Counted from the stretch's first letter, positions 33,651 through 48,180 are shown. The stretch: DNA of 64,000 nt from Chiloscyllium plagiosum (GCF_004010195.1 NC_057720.1:28963354-29027353), one strand, 5' to 3'. The notes: generated by a model not told the origin, from the letters alone. Numbers and translations are program-made.

Positions 33651-34157
33651 GGATGCTCTTTGGAGGGGCAGTATGGACTCCATGGCTGAATGGTCTGCTT
33701 CAACACTAGGGATTCTAAAAAACAAAATATAACTTGAGGCTACAAACTTTTGTCTTTGTTGTTGTGTGAAGTTTGTGAATACTGCTACCCTATCTGATAA
33801 TCTTTGGATCCTGGGTTTGACTTTGGCTCAGATGAGAATGCTCATCTCTTTATTAGCATTCAGGGTCTGGAGATGAGAATGTTCACCCATGTTCTGGCCT
33901 CAGTTAAAGTCAGAAGAGGCTGGATTGGAGGTGGCTGAGGTCAGGATTCTGATTTCTTTTCATTTATTACTTTCACCTCCCACCTGCCTAAACCCACTGC
34001 ATTCCTCTTCTTTTTTTAAAAAAAAACACAAAGTTCCTACTCCTGGACCATCTATTGTAAAGTGAGTAATGAAGAAGGTGGAGGGAGTGAGAGTGAATTT
34101 GGCATGATTTGGAAAATTTAAAGTTTTTTTTAATGTTTGTGCATTGTCCTTCTGCAG

Positions 34158-34287
34158 GTCACCGAGCTAAAGTCTGTTAAAAAGCCCACGTTGTCAATGC
34201 CAAGTGGACAGAAGCTCACAAAGGAACAGTCACAAATCCTTAGCATGATCCTGAAAGGAAAGAACGTCTTCTTCACTGGAAGTGCTG
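34158..34287 (+). CDS. PIF1: PIF1 coding exon 2
   Basis: CTGCAG|VTELK..LTKEQ..KGKNVFFTGSA-G|GTAATT. 130 nt, start of Walker A. Confidence 0.96.
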
Positions 34288-34555
34288 GTAATTTGGTGAT
34301 ATTCATTATGCTTCAGGAGGAAGATTGTAGGGACATTTCCTATTTCAAAAATACAGTACAAGCTCAACACATAAAACATTAAGTGCAAGGTGATTCAAAT
34401 TATTGTACAATGACAAACCAAAATGTTTGCTTGGATCTCTGAGTCCATGTAAGGGGCAAATCGAGACAGATCAGAATATCCTGGAAATGACACCAATCCA
34501 GCATAGCCAATCCCTACTGTCTTCTAGTGTGATTTACAATTCCTAAAGAAATTTA

Positions 34556-34882
34556 GGGCGGCATGGTGCACAGTGGTTAGCACAGCTGTCTCACAGCGCA
34601 GAGACCTGGGTTCAATTCCCCACCTCGGGCAACTGTCTGTGTGGAGTTTGCACATGAGTTTGCACATTCTCCCATGTCTGCATGGGTTTCCTCCGGGTGC
34701 TCCAGTTTCCTCCCACAGTCCAAAGATGTGCAGGTTAGATGAATTGGCCATGCTAAAATGCCTGTAGCATTAGGTGAAGGGGTAAATGTAGGGGAATGGG
34801 TCTCTGGATTGCTCTTCGGAGGGTCAGTGTGGACTTGTTGGGCCGAAGGGCCTGTTTCCACACTGTAAGTAATCCAATCTAA
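34556..34882 (+). mobile_element. HE1 SINE
   Basis: Full head, core and TAATC tail, with an internal 12-bp duplication GAGTTTGCACAT. Confidence 0.88.
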
Positions 34883-35331
34883 TAAGAAACTTTTTTTCCC
34901 CTCTTTTCCCAATTTTTCCTCTTGAATTTTATACCAGGTTAAAGAAGCTTATTGTTCATTAATTTTGTAAACTTATGCCTGTATTAAATGGTGGTTTACA
35001 ATATTGTCATTCTACCTCTGCAAGCTTTTGAGGAATTTCAGCAAAACTAACAGTAGGTAAATCAGCATTCTATCATTCCACGTTCCAAGCAAAACCTTCT
35101 ATTGCAAGCATTATATAGAGTGAAATGGGCATGTGTTGTTTATGCTAGCATGAGGAACAGAAATCTCAATCAGGGTAATTCCTGTGACTGAATCTAATGG
35201 ACATTGTTATTTCAAAGCAATGCTGTTTATCATAAGGTTGAAGATGTAAAAATGACCTCTTACTGACACTGATATTTCTGTAATATGTGTACATTCCCAA
35301 CCACTCACTCTCTTTCTGACTTTATTTCAAG

Positions 35332-35457
35332 GAACTGGAAAATCATTTTTACTGAAGAGAATTGTGGGAGCATTGCCACCAAAAAGTACTTATGCAACAG
35401 CGAGTACTGGAGTGGCTGCCTGTCACATTGGAGGAACAACTCTCCATGCATTTGCAG
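35332..35457 (+). CDS. PIF1: PIF1 coding exon 3
   Basis: TTCAAG|(G)[48 protein letters not shown]. 126 nt, Walker A and motifs Ia/Ib. Confidence 0.97.
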
Positions 35458-35524
35458 GTCAATTGTATGCTATAGTACATTTCTCTGTAGTAAGCTGTCC
35501 ATAACTAGGAATGTGAAGAGCTGA

Positions 35525-35827
35525 GAGGGTGGGGGAGTCCAAAACTAGAGGGCGCAGTTTAAGTGAGAGGCAAAGATTGAAAAAGTCCCTGAGGGGCAAT
35601 GTTGTCAAGCAGAGGATGGTGCGTGCATGGAATGAGCTGCCAGAGGAAGTGAGAGAGACGGGTACGATTGCAACATTTAAAAGGCATCTGGATAGGTATA
35701 TAAATTGGAAGGGTTTAGAGGAATGTGGGCCAATTGCTAGCAGTTGGAACTAGGTCAGATTGGGATGTCTGTTCGACAAGGACAAGTTGGACAGAAGGTT
35801 TTGTTTCCATACTATATGACTCTATAA
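35525..35827 (+). mobile_element. CR1 3' fragment
   Basis: GESKTRG..QRMVRAWNELPEE..FKRHLD plus CR1 tail. Confidence 0.85.
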
Positions 35828-37181
35828 CTACCCCCATGAGTCCAAATCAAATTGCACTTCACAAATAAATGCACACAGTAGAGTGCGAGACATAACCTTA
35901 CTTCTCAACAAGCTGTTATCCCCTAATCCCATCAAACCAATTATGAAATGCTTTTGAATTATTTCAAATGACCAGCTACTATATAGATTTCTCTTGAACT
36001 CCAGAGATTCTGAACATTGAATGAGACTATTCATCCCATTAAGTCTGCACTAGCCTGTACTGGAACATTCCAACACATATATGGTTCTCTTCCCATTGCC
36101 TCAAATATCACCCACATTTCGCTTGAAAGAAAGCTTTGATGGTTTCATCATAATGATTTGAAACTCAAGATAGAATTCAAAGATGAAATGTAATGTTTAT
36201 GGCTTCTCCTAAGTTAATAAAATCAACTCCCCTGGGTATCTATTGTTATTGTCGACATTGTTAAGCACCTCATTCCACTCCACAAATGGTTGGACTAATT
36301 ACATCAAGACCGTCTGAGGAAAATAAAGGATTGCAGAAGGGGTTAAAAGGGAACATTTGTTTTTTTCTAAGCTATAATTTAGGTAATGGCTGATTAAGGA
36401 AACTGGGTTAAATATGCACACCAATAAATCTCTCAAATTCACACTGCACAACCTGCTTCTATTTGTTGATTATATATCTTGTCTCTTTGCACAGTTGTAG
36501 AAATTACTGTGTTATTAAACCAGTTTATCAGTGGCACTGTTTGAGTAGAGAATGTCATTCACAGCTCTTGATTTTCTGGTTCTGTGGATCTAGCTGGTTG
36601 TGCATTTGATTTTACGTTGATTATTGGTTACAAATAATGCTTTGAGCTAGTCATTTTTATGGAGACAAGCTTTTTAGGAGCAGGTTGAGAAAAGTATAAC
36701 TTTTATTTGTAATGGAAGAACAGCAAAATAACAAACTTCCTAATTCTAGCTCATTATGACATTTTATTAGTCCATCAAGTAAGCAGACAAAAGGTCATAA
36801 AGAGCTGTGTTATTTTGAGCTTGCGATGTGGAAAAATCTTCAATGTAATAGGCATGGAGAAATATCAAAGGGAATTTCCTCACTATCAAAGCTCAATTAC
36901 AAATGGTCATTTACAAATGGACTGTTGCTTTCTGTAGAGATTTGGCCTGATCTGCTGAATATTTCCAGCATTTTCAGTTTTAACTTCTTACTGTTACTAC
37001 CTTGCCAAATAATATTTTCTACAAGAAATAATTGCAAGTTGCAAATGATTGAAACACTGCCATACAAGAATGAATGCTCTAAGAGTTTGATTTTTGAAAC
37101 AGTTAAAGGACAAAAATGCATAGATTTAGATTTATTCTCTCCCTAAAATGGGTTAAAATTTTATATTTATTTTGTCATCAG

Positions 37182-37335
37182 GAATTGGTTCAGGAAAAGC
37201 TCCCTTACACCAATGTGTAGAACTTGCTCAGAGACCTGGGATTAAAAAACACTGGCAAAACTGCAGACACCTTATCATAGATGAAATCTCCATGGTAGAA
37301 GGAGAATTCTTTGACAAGCTTGAAGCAGTGGCCAG
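37182..37335 (+). CDS. PIF1: PIF1 coding exon 4
   Basis: CATCAG|(G)IGSGKAPLHQCVELAQRPGIKKHWQNCRHLIIDEISMVEGEFFDKLEAVA-R|GTATGT. 154 nt, Walker B DEISM. Confidence 0.97.
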
Positions 37336-39218
37336 GTATGTCACATGAGCTGCAAGACCACTGTAAAATCTAGTTTCTTCGTTTTTCCAACCTTAAAAAC
37401 AAAGTCGCTTTTATTTATGTCCTTTTAATACGATCATATATTGTAGTACTGTTCCTGCACCAACTAAGACAACATGCTGTTCACAGTTGTATTAGGCATC
37501 ACACACTGTCAATTGTGACCACCTTCCTTACTGTGTATAATAGCGCAAGACATCTCATTTATATGTTCATTGGACATATGTTAGTAATGTTCCAGATTGT
37601 ACATTTTGCTATCTTTCTGATATTTATCACCGCATGCATCTTATTAAATGTGCAATTTGTTTCCAATTACCATTCCCTAAATGTTGTTTTTTTCTGATAA
37701 CCCTGTACTCATGAATCTGTTAATACTGTAGTGGGTTCTGAAAGTATAACATTGTTAACAAGCTGAAAATGCTTATGGTTTCCCAGTTTGTTTTCTGTCA
37801 ATGTATCACAAAGGAGATGATATTTAGCTATGTTTAGATGAGCATCCTAAAATGGTACACTTTGGCATATCCAAAGACACAGTGTTCACTTCCACCTGAA
37901 CACTAACAGTATTTAGCTGTACTCCACCATATGTTCCTCCATTTCCTCACTGTCTCTGTACAGTCAGACGACTTGACTTAGACAAATCACAATTGGAACT
38001 CTGAAGCCATTGTCTTCTGCTCTTGTCACAATCTCTGTATCCTTGCTGTTAATTTAATTATCTATCTGTCTTGACTGAATTGAATTGTTCATAACCTTGG
38101 CATTAATCTCATACAATATATCACAAAGGCTGTTTGTTTCCACCTCTATTACCGGTTACTTCCACCCTTGCCATTGTCCATCTGTTGTTAAACTCCAATC
38201 AATGTCTTTTTCTACCTCCTAGTCTTGGTTACTCAATTGATCTTCAGTTTGTCTTTTATCCCTTTATACTTTGTAAACTTCTGCCCTTAAACTGTACACT
38301 TAACCCAGGACCACCTCACCTATATTTTCTGTCCTTGGTAACATACATGACACACACTGAAAGACTGGGAGCCAATTTAAAATTTTTATCCATTCATTTG
38401 GTTTTCCCTTCATTGAACTGTCTATTTGATGGTGGAGGCTGGTACAATTACAACATTTAGGTACATGAATGGGAAGGGTTTAGTGGGATATGGGCCAAAT
38501 GCTGGCAAATGAGACTAGATTAATTTAGGATGATTCGTTGGCATGGACCAGTTGGACCAAAAGGTCTCTTTCTGTGCTCTACAACTCTATGACTCTATGA
38601 CATGAGTGCCCCTTCCTCCTTTCATAATTGGTGGTTGTGCCTTCAGCCACCTAGGCTATATGCTGTGAAACTTCCTCCCTTCTGCTTCTTGCATAGTTAT
38701 CCTCATTTAAATGCTGTCATTCAAACCCTATCATTTTCACCAAACTTTCTCTGATGCTGTACCATTATGTTTGCTCTTTGGCTTGTTGTCAGGTTTTTTG
38801 TTTCTCTATGAAATGTAATGGGACCTTTTCTATGTTAAAGATGGAAGTTGATGTACTGAACAGAAATGGAGTGGTTTTAATAGGTATGCGCCATTTTGGT
38901 TTTCAGAGGTTGCTTGTTACCACTGACCATATTATTGGCTTTTGTTTGAATCTCCACAAGATTCTTTCTCCCCGAGGAGAACTTACTTGCAGCTACAGTT
39001 TATTTGTGGACAACAGCAGTACAAAACATGGCTTATGCATCATGATCTTGACTTCAGAAACACTGACAAGGAGTTTGTTGATCATTTTAACGAACATACA
39101 ATTACAACTCTACGGAATAAGGCTATGAAAATCACTGTGTAAAATGATTGGGTTAATGAGTGTACTCCTTTTGTAATTGTTGGGTATCGTGAGCAATTAT
39201 TATGTTTCACCATTGCAG

Positions 39219-39333
39219 GATTGTTCGTGAAAGAGATGAGCCATTTGGTGGAATCCAGCTGATAGTTTGTGGAGATTTTCTACAGCTTCCTCCTGTGTCC
39301 CGAAATAAAGAAAAATACAAACTTTGTTTCCAG
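39219..39333 (+). CDS. PIF1: PIF1 coding exon 5
   Basis: [50 protein letters not shown]. 115 nt, Pif1 signature and motif III. Confidence 0.97.
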
Positions 39334-39819
39334 GTAACAAGTTGACTAATATAAAGCCTTTCATTATAACAAAAAGAGTTTACATGATTTGCGAAAAAAA
39401 ACCTTATTTCCCAACTGATGCTCAGCACGATGAAAATGGTTAGATTTGGGCAACTGTTAGATGCCTACTTCTGACACAAAACAGATAAAGCTGCAAGAGC
39501 TGTGAATGAGTTTCCTTACAAAGCTCATGCCCTACAGCCTTGTGAACACAATGCAAAGTGATCTTATATCTGACATTGAGAATTACAGCTGTAACTATTC
39601 TTGAGCATGTCAAAGGGTCAAAATGATCAGCGATGTTTGACATCTATAACTGATGTGACATCAGTGCATAAAAGGAATACTTGACAGCATTCAGAAGACT
39701 TTTGTTGAAATTTGATTGTGTTTTGTGTTTTAAAGTTTCAGTAGCCATGTGAGGGAGAAAAAGTTATAGATTGTGATGGTGTTCAGGGTCTCTCGGGCAG
39801 TCTTAAGGTGCTGTGGTAA

Positions 39820-40270
39820 CCCCCATACACTGTTTACATGTGTGTTGTTACATTCCTGTGATGAAGGAGTTATCTTGTGAGGACAGGTTGGGCCTGTATC
39901 TATTGCAGTTCAGAAAAATAAGAGGTGATCTTATTGGAAAATACAAGATCTTGAGTGGACTTGATAGGATGAATGCTAAGAGGATATTCCTCACTATGTA
40001 TGAGAATTAAGAAACACTGTTGTAAAAATAAGGGGTGTCCTATTTAGATGAAGAGAATTTTTTTTCTAAATTTGTGGATTTAGTCTGTGGAATTCACTTC
40101 CCCAAAGAGCAGTGGAGCAGGTTCATTAAATATTTTTAAGGTTAACTAGAGGGATTCTTCAATGACAAGGGAGTTAAAAGGTGTTGAAGTATACAGATAA
40201 GTAGCATTGAGCCATAATCTAATCAAATAGCAGAATATGCCTGAGGGATAAACTGGCCTACTTCTGTTGC
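39820..40270 (+). mobile_element. Old CR1 3' fragment
   Basis: MKELSCEDRLGLYLLQFRKIRGDLIGKYKILSGLDR. A similar old copy lies at 43200-43740. Confidence 0.7.
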
Positions 40271-41022
40271 TAATTGGTATTTTTGTCTAGAACTATGAAT
40301 AGTGATGCTAGAGGCTCTGACTGCCTTTGCATCACATTCTTGGTCAGGGACCTCTCCCACCCTTATCACCCGCCATCAGTGTGTTGGAGGGACTTGCAGG
40401 TTCATAATGATGGTATTTTGCTTGGCTATTTTCCTAATGTTTGGAATCAGAATTCTTATGGCACAAAGGGAGGCCATTCGGTCAATCATGACAGAAATGT
40501 TATTATGACCTAATGCCAATCTCCTGCTGTTTTCCCCATATCCCTGCCCACTATTGCTATCCATGATCATCCTCTCTCTGGTTCTTTTGCTAATCACTGT
40601 AAATCAGCGTTCCTCTGATTCTTTATTCCTCTGCAATGGAACAGTCTGTCTTTATTCACTCTCCCCAGGCACCACAGGATATTGAAAAACCTGGATGAAA
40701 TTGTAACATAATTCATAAGCTGTGTTTTAGAGCTGCAAATTATCAAATTTTTCATTGTCCTCCATTTCATTAATAGAACCAACAGAGGAAAACGGTGGAG
40801 AGAATTGATGGTGTGTGGAAGATGTAACATGAGAGGCAGGAAATGTGCAACAAGGAAGAAAACATAAACTGAGAATACATAATTGTGCTCACTTCTGTGT
40901 ATTTGTTTCGTAGGTGGGGAACTATCTGCAGAAAGTGATACTTTGTTCTCTTTCATTCATTGGATTTTGGGAGCTTTTGCTTAATTGTTTAGTAATGTAA
41001 ATGCAATTTTACTTTATTTAAG

Positions 41023-41129
41023 GCTAAGAGTTGGCAGAAATGTATCCAGGTGAACCTGGAACTAACAGAGGTCCGAAGGCAAACTGATAAAAAGTTCATT
41101 GCAATATTGCAGTCTATTCGTCTTGGGAA
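41023..41129 (+). CDS. PIF1: PIF1 coding exon 6
   Basis: TTTAAG|AKSWQKCIQVNLELTEVRRQTDKKFIAILQSIRLG-K|GTAAGT. 107 nt, motif IV region. Confidence 0.96.
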
Positions 41130-42407
41130 GTAAGTATTACATTACATAGCATTTAGAGCATCAAATATCTTGCATAAAATAATTTTGTATGATCCATTTT
41201 CGATGATGCATTTTGTGGCTGTAGTTATTGAAGTTTGTGTGTGTGTGTGGAGAAATCCGATATTCCATCCAGATGGATGAACTTGCTATATTTAACAAAG
41301 GAAAATCTGTCCAAAGCACAATAGATATAGCCACTGAGGCAGACAACATTAACAAACTTAAGAGACAATCAAATGTGCTTCTGGAGAGATAGAGAAAAGA
41401 AAGGGATTAAGGGTTTTTGTAACGCAATTGATTATTCAGAAATTGGGTCTAATAGCTTTCTGCCATTTCTAAGATTTATTTTGTGTTAGTCCTTAAGTAT
41501 CTGATAAATGTTTTATATTGATTTAGATACTTGCAATTTTGATGGAGATTCCTTCACTGACCCATTCTCCCATTCCGTTTGTCGAAAATGGATGATATTA
41601 TTTCTGTATGTATTTTTCTTTTGGGAGCAGTGTAGTAGGATAAATTATATCCACTGTTTCTTTAATGAAGAGTAGCAGCCTTAGCTCAGAATATAGCGCT
41701 GTCTCTCCTCCGAGTCAAAGTTTATGGATCCAAGGTCTATTCCAGAGACATGAGTGCATAATCCAGACTGGTTAATTGCACATCAGTGCACAGGAATAAA
41801 ATGTAACATTCAAATAAGACATATTTTCAAGGCCTTGGATTCCATGGCACTATTCAAAGTATAATAGAAAAACTTGCCCTGTTTCCCAGTCAATACTTAA
41901 TCCTCCTTATTCACTGTTACCACTATTGACATTATCTCATTCTGTCTGTGGAGTCTTGTTCTGCAGTGTATTAAATGTGAGGAACAATCTACATCAATGT
42001 TTTATATATAGAAAAGACATGGTGTGGACTTGATGAGCAAAGTAGCCAATATTTGTGCTGTAGCAATCAATGAATCATTGATTTAGCTTACTGATAACTA
42101 GCTGCATTATTTGGCCTATATGAGCTTCACCATTTCTTATGTAATTCAGACTCAGTAGTTCCTGGAATTTTTACTTGTTATGCCTATTCAATTTTGTTAT
42201 GTTCTTTTTTAATTTTGTTTTTGTACAATCATATAAGCCAGATAATTTAAAGGGACCAATAGTTCCTAGATTGGTTACTATTGAACATTACTCTGGAAGC
42301 AGCATCAGTGACAGAGATCTAACTATTCCAATATTCTACATTCAGAAATGACTTATGGCTGTCCTTTTTTTTTAAAAAAAAAAATTAAAAATCTCCCCTG
42401 AAACTAG

Positions 42408-42547
42408 GTGTCCAGAAGAAGTTGCAGTCCAGTTGATCAACACAGCCAACCAAAAAATTGATCGAGATGGAATCTTAGCAACGCGGCTTTGCACACACAA
42501 GGATGATGTGAAATTGACTAATGAGCACAGGCTCCAGCAATTACCGG
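42408..42547 (+). CDS. PIF1: PIF1 coding exon 7
   Basis: AACTAG|CPEEVAVQLINTANQKIDRDGILATRLCTHKDDVKLTNEHRLQQLP-G|GTAATG. 140 nt. Confidence 0.95.
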
Positions 42548-45500
42548 GTAATGGATGAAGATTGTGTTGGGCTCTGAGACTAATCAAAGTAAAGCCTGTG
42601 TTGTACTACTGACTGACTTAGTCAGCACTTACTTTATTGCAAACTCCACATGGGTCTTTTTCTAACCAGATTATCTGATTTCATGTTTTTAACCTTTCAG
42701 CATTATTTCTAATTCTATAACAACTGTTTAATAAACAAACTTTTAGGACTGAGTGAAAACAGAAAACTCTTGATGCTGGAAATCCGAAATAAAAGACCGA
42801 AGTTGCTGAGAAATACACAGCAGGTTATGGCAGTAACTGTGGAGATGAACAGAGTTAACGTTTGTAACCTGTGAACGTCATCAGGACTGGAAGATATTAG
42901 AAACGCTATACAATTTGGTTATAATGGTGATATAATAATGGACCATCCAGTTTGTATTTGAGTCACGCTGAATGATTCAGTCAGCTCTACAGTAGGTCCT
43001 GATCATTTTATAGTTGTGTTTAGTTTACTTCAGAGTGCAAATAAGAAGTGCTTTGATGTTCTGCTGGTGAAGCTGCTTGTTGCTGAATGGACAATGCAGA
43101 GACTGAACTTAATATTGCAACTGCTTGTGAGTAGCTATGGACAGATTAAAATAGTTACAGTATAAATCTGATCCAGCAGGCAATAAAATCTTACTGTCAG
43201 GTAACAGTCATCTCCTAAAGTGTGAAATTGTCTGTTTTGGCAGAAAGGATAAGAAATTTATTAACTAAGCAGTGGGAGATAGCAGAGTTCTGAGATGCAC
43301 AGTGAACTGGATGTCCTAGTGAATCACAGAAGTTAATATTTCGGTACAGCAAGTACTTAGAAAAACTAATAGAATTTTATATTTAAATGCAAGGAGAAAT
43401 GAATGCAAGTGTAAGGTAATATAGGACATTTTACTCCAGACTGTGTACAGTACTGGTCACTGTGTTTATGGAAGGATGTTAATCCATTGAAAACTGAAGT
43501 GGATTTCTTCAGAGGGTTATTAATGTTTTGAATTACCTTTCTCAAAAGGCAGTGGATGCAGAATCTTTAAATATTTTTAAGGCCAAGGTTGATTGGATTC
43601 TTGATTACCAAAGAGGTTACAAAATTCAGGGATAGACAGAATGGTAGAGTTGAGATCAAAATCAGATCAGCTGTGATCTTGTCAAATGGTGGGTGGAGCG
43701 AGCTGAGTGGCTTACTCTCATTCCTTGTTTGTATGTCCATATGATGAAATTCAGCAATGTACATCATGCAGCTTTCTGTTTTGTTTTTTTTCAGGCCAAG
43801 CGAGGAATCTCTATGCTAGGTCATAGTTAAAATGTTTTTATCAGTATCAAACAGTCACAGATCTGGCATAACATAAGTTAAACACAGGGTAAAGTTTCTT
43901 TCATTTGTTTTAATCTCTGTCACCTAATGACAAAAGAACAAATTTAGTATAAATTCATGGGAGCTTTCTGTTGTAGACCCACTTTCAGTAGGAGTTCCAA
44001 CTCCATCAATTTAGTTACTTCACCTTTATTGGCCTGGACTTGAATGCAGCTCCCATTGGTGAAAGGAGATTGTGTTAACCTACAGTACAAAATTGGACAC
44101 GCTTACTGTGACAGTTAAATAAAAATGAAGAGAAATTCTGAGGAAGAGTCATATTGGACTCAAAGTATTCATTCTGTTTCTCTTTCCATAGATACTCCAG
44201 TTTCTCCAGCACTTTGTTTTTTTTTATTTCCAATCTCCAGTATCTGCAGTACTTTGCTTTTTATTAAAGTTTAGAATTTTTTTAAAGTTAGAATCTAAAG
44301 TCTTGTGATATTTCTAATGATAGTATTGAATGGTGGCAGAATGGAAGTATTAAAATATTTTGCAGTCCTGATGTTTTCACTTGTCTCGAGCGAAGTCTTT
44401 TGTCATCATTTGTCAGCACCTTTTGCTGTTCATTTTAATTTCTATCCTCATACCTCTGTACACGTTATTCACTATTCAATAATTATGAAAATGGTCCTTT
44501 GAAATGCTACCAAGTCCTAAAACATAATGACTATTAGGAGATGAGTTAGGGCAGACTGAATGGATTGTTTTCATTTTAAAATTTAACATTTTGAGAGAGT
44601 GCAGGAAACTATGATGAAGAGTAAGAGGGAGCTGATGAGTCCAATCAAGTAATTTTCAGACACATTGTCAAAGTGGTGACAGCATGTGTAGGCAGCGCTA
44701 AGTGATCACACACAGCAAGATTCTTCACAGGAGCATTAGCAAATAAAATGTATCACCGATTCCCTGAAGAAGGCATTAGGATAGATGACCAAAAGGTTGG
44801 TCAAAGCGAAGTTTAAACTTGGCTCTAAAAAGCGAAGTATGAGACAGAGGTGGAGTTACTTAAGCAGCACATTCATAAGCTTAAGACTGAGGCAACTGAA
44901 CCCATGGCCATTGGTACGCAAGCATTAAAACAGGATGTCCCATAACTGTTTGTTTGCAGATGTTTCAGACTGGAGGAAGTCAGAGGTGGGGTAGGGTGAG
45001 ACCATAGTAGGATTTGAAAACCAGAATGAAGAAGCTTTACTGGACTGGAAACTGAAGTGGAACATGACTGATGAGCACTCAGTAACTGTGTTAAGCACCA
45101 GAGAGAGTTGAAACTTTGTACACAATAAAAACAGAAAATGTGAAAATCGGCTCATCTATTGTAATAGAAATAGAGTTTATGTTTCAGGTTGGCGGCCTTT
45201 CTCCCAGAACTGGATAAAATTAGATGTAATGGATTTTGAATAATGAAGGTCTTTGATAGGAAAGATGACCAAAGATATTAAATGACTGAGGCGTTAATCT
45301 TCGTATTGATCGGCTGGTGATCTGCTTTCCCTCAACACTCTTGCTATGCCTGGAAGCTTGTGAAACAAACTTGTGTTTATAATGTATAAAAGAGACTTTT
45401 GAAAACAAAAATCACACTGCTGTCCCGAAGACTGAACGCATTTATTATCATGGCAAAATACTTTGCAAATACTTTGCCTAAATCTATAAAGAAAGGAATA

Positions 45501-45639
45501 ACATTGCGAATAACATGGTGAACCAAACAAAACTCCCATCATTTGGGGGTAAAGTGACCCATGTTCATGGAAACAGTAACCGGGTGTGTGCTGAAATCAG
45601 TAGGAATCTGCCCAGTAAGGTTACTGGGCACAGGCTTTA

Positions 45640-45942
45640 TAGAATCACTACAGAGTGGAAGCAGATCATTTAGCCCCTCGATTCCACACTGATCTTCTGA
45701 AGAGCATCCCATCCTATCCCTGTGATCTTTTATTTCCAATGGGTGACCCATCTAGCCTGCATATCCTCCGACACAATGGACAGTTTAGCAAGGCCAATCC
45801 ATCTAACCTGCACAGCTTTGGACAATGGGAGGAAATCCGAGCACCCAGAGGAAACCCATGCAGACACAGGAAGAATGTGGAATTGAACCCACGTCCCTGG
45901 CACTGTGGGACAGCAGTACCAGCCACTGAGGCACCATGCCAC
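45640..45942 (-). mobile_element. Older HE1-like SINE
   Basis: Minus-strand head GTGGCATGGTGCCTCAGTGG, core GGGTTTCCTCTGGGTGCTC and GATTCTAT tail. Confidence 0.75.
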
Positions 45943-46927
45943 CTCTTTGTGTTTGTGTGACACTTCCCATCAAGGATTTGTGTTGCTATTGTACATAAAT
46001 TGACAACAAATAGTAAAATGTCTTTTTAAACATGGATTGAATTTTAGGATTCTTGTAAGCAGCTGACTAGAAAGACTTCAGCGTTCAGTCTATGCTGTAA
46101 TAGAATGTTGGTTTGAGAGGTGATAATGCAGTGTCTAGCCACTGCACAGTTCAGTTCTTTTCCAATTTACATTGCTGATTTTATGATGCCAAGGCTGCCC
46201 ATTTTAAGTTGGTGTAGTTTGAGGAGGTTTAGCTCTGTAGCTTCTCCCTTTATTGCCTGATTCTTCACAATGTATTTAATGCAGAAAATGAGAGAATTGT
46301 GAGCATGACACACTTCCAGGGTATATGGAGTTAATACAAGGATCGATAATAGCCAAATGGAGTTGCAGTTGTGAAAACATATTGCTTTGTTGTGTTTAAA
46401 AAAATTGAAAAGTTAGATATTATTCAGGCTAAAATGTTCTTCAGAAAAACAAGGTAATCTTTTTGGAGGGTTTGGGATTGGGGTTGGGGACGGGAAGTGG
46501 AGAAAGCAAGTGAAGGAGGACTTATAAGAGAATTCTATTTCTTTTTGCAATAAAGCAGCATTCAACACCTGAATTTAAATTGTATCCAAATCATTGTCAT
46601 TTAGCTCCAAACTCAGTATTACAAAAGCCCTTTGATTCTCTTGACTTTTGTTCACCTATCTGAAAATTCAACTCAAAATCTCATTGTGTGGAAAAATCAC
46701 TGCGAAATATGTGTCATAAAGCTCTGTGCTACAATCTGGCTGTATTCCATTTCCTTTAAGCTCTAATTCATCATTTGGATGAGCCATAATAAACTAATTT
46801 TTGTCTACAATAAATGTAATATTTTAAGGCTATTTAGCATCATTATGTAACCCTTCTGCTACAGGGGAAGAGATGGGCAACTGAGTTCTATGTGGTGCTT
46901 AACTAATCGTTTTTATTATGTTTACAG

Positions 46928-47034
46928 GGGAGTTGCACACATATCAAGCTATTGACAGTGATCCCATGTTTGTACAAACATTAAATACCCAATGTCCTGT
47001 TGGTCAGACACTGCAGCTGAAGAAAGGGGCTCAG
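46928..47034 (+). CDS. PIF1: PIF1 coding exon 8
   Basis: TTACAG|ELHTYQAIDSDPMFVQTLNTQCPVGQTLQLKKGAQ|GTTAGT. 107 nt. Confidence 0.96.
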
Positions 47035-47115
47035 GTTAGTATTAATATCAAAACATTACTAGTTTTTATTTTGCACTAGTTTCAGACAGGAATAATATTC
47101 TTGCTACCTCTTATT

Positions 47116-47620
47116 CAGAGTCAGAGTCATAGAGATGCACAGCATGGAAACAGGCCCTTCCATCCAACTCAAACATGCCAACCAGATACCCCAACCAAAT
47201 CTAGTCCCATTTACCAGCATTTGGCCCATCTCCTTCTAAACCATTCCTATTCATTTACCCATCCAGATGCCTTTTAAATGTTGTAATTTACCAGCCTCCA
47301 CTACTTCCTCTGACAGTGCATTCCATACACGCATCATCCTCTAGGTCTCTTTTTATCTGTTCCCTCTCACCCTAAACCTGTGCCCTCGAGTTGTGGACTC
47401 TCCCAGTCCAGGGAAAAGACGTTGTCTATTTACCCTATCCATATCCCTCATGATTTTATAAACCTCTATAAAGTCACCCCTCAGCCTCCGACGTTCCAGG
47501 GAAAACCAGAGAGCCTATTCAGCCTCTCCCTACAACTCAAATCCTCTAACCCTGGCAACATCCTTGTCAGTCTTTTCTGAACCCTTTCAGGTTTCACAAC
47601 ATCCTTCCGGTAGGAGAGAG
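47116..47620 (-). mobile_element. CR1 3' fragment
   Basis: Reverse complement of the CR1 3' ends seen at ~18100-18604. Confidence 0.85.
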
Positions 47621-47840
47621 ACTCCTGAAACACAAGGAATATAACAAATTCTTGTTCTCTATTTCCTATCCCTCAGTCACTTTTTGTAACCATGCTGCTG
47701 CTTTCCATTTTACTCAATGATCTATTACATTCCTTACAATTCAAATGTCTTTTGGAAATCCAGTAACTGTTTATTTCCTCTTTTTTTGACCCCATTATTT
47801 ATATTTCGATGCATTCAATATCCTGATATCAAAACAATGC

Positions 47841-48180
47841 TAGAATCATAGAATCCCTACAGTGTGGAAGCAGGCCATTCAGCTCATTGAGTCTGCACTG
47901 ACCTCTGAAGAGTATCTCACCCAGCTCCACCCCATAACCCTGCATTTCTCATGGCTAATTTACTTAGTCCAACACATCCGTGGACACTATGGGCAATTTA
48001 ACATGCTCAATCCATCTAAAGTGCACATCTTTAGACTGAGAGTGGAAACCGGAGCACCTGGAGGAAACCCACGCAGACATGGGGAGAATGTGCAAACTCC
48101 ATACAGACAGTCGCCCAAGGGTGGAATCGAACCCAAGTCCCTGGTGCAGTGAGGAAGCAGTGCTAACCACTGAGCCACTC
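47841..48180 (-). mobile_element. HE1 SINE
   Basis: Minus-strand GTGGCTCAGTGGTTAGCACTGC head and V-SINE core. Confidence 0.85.
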
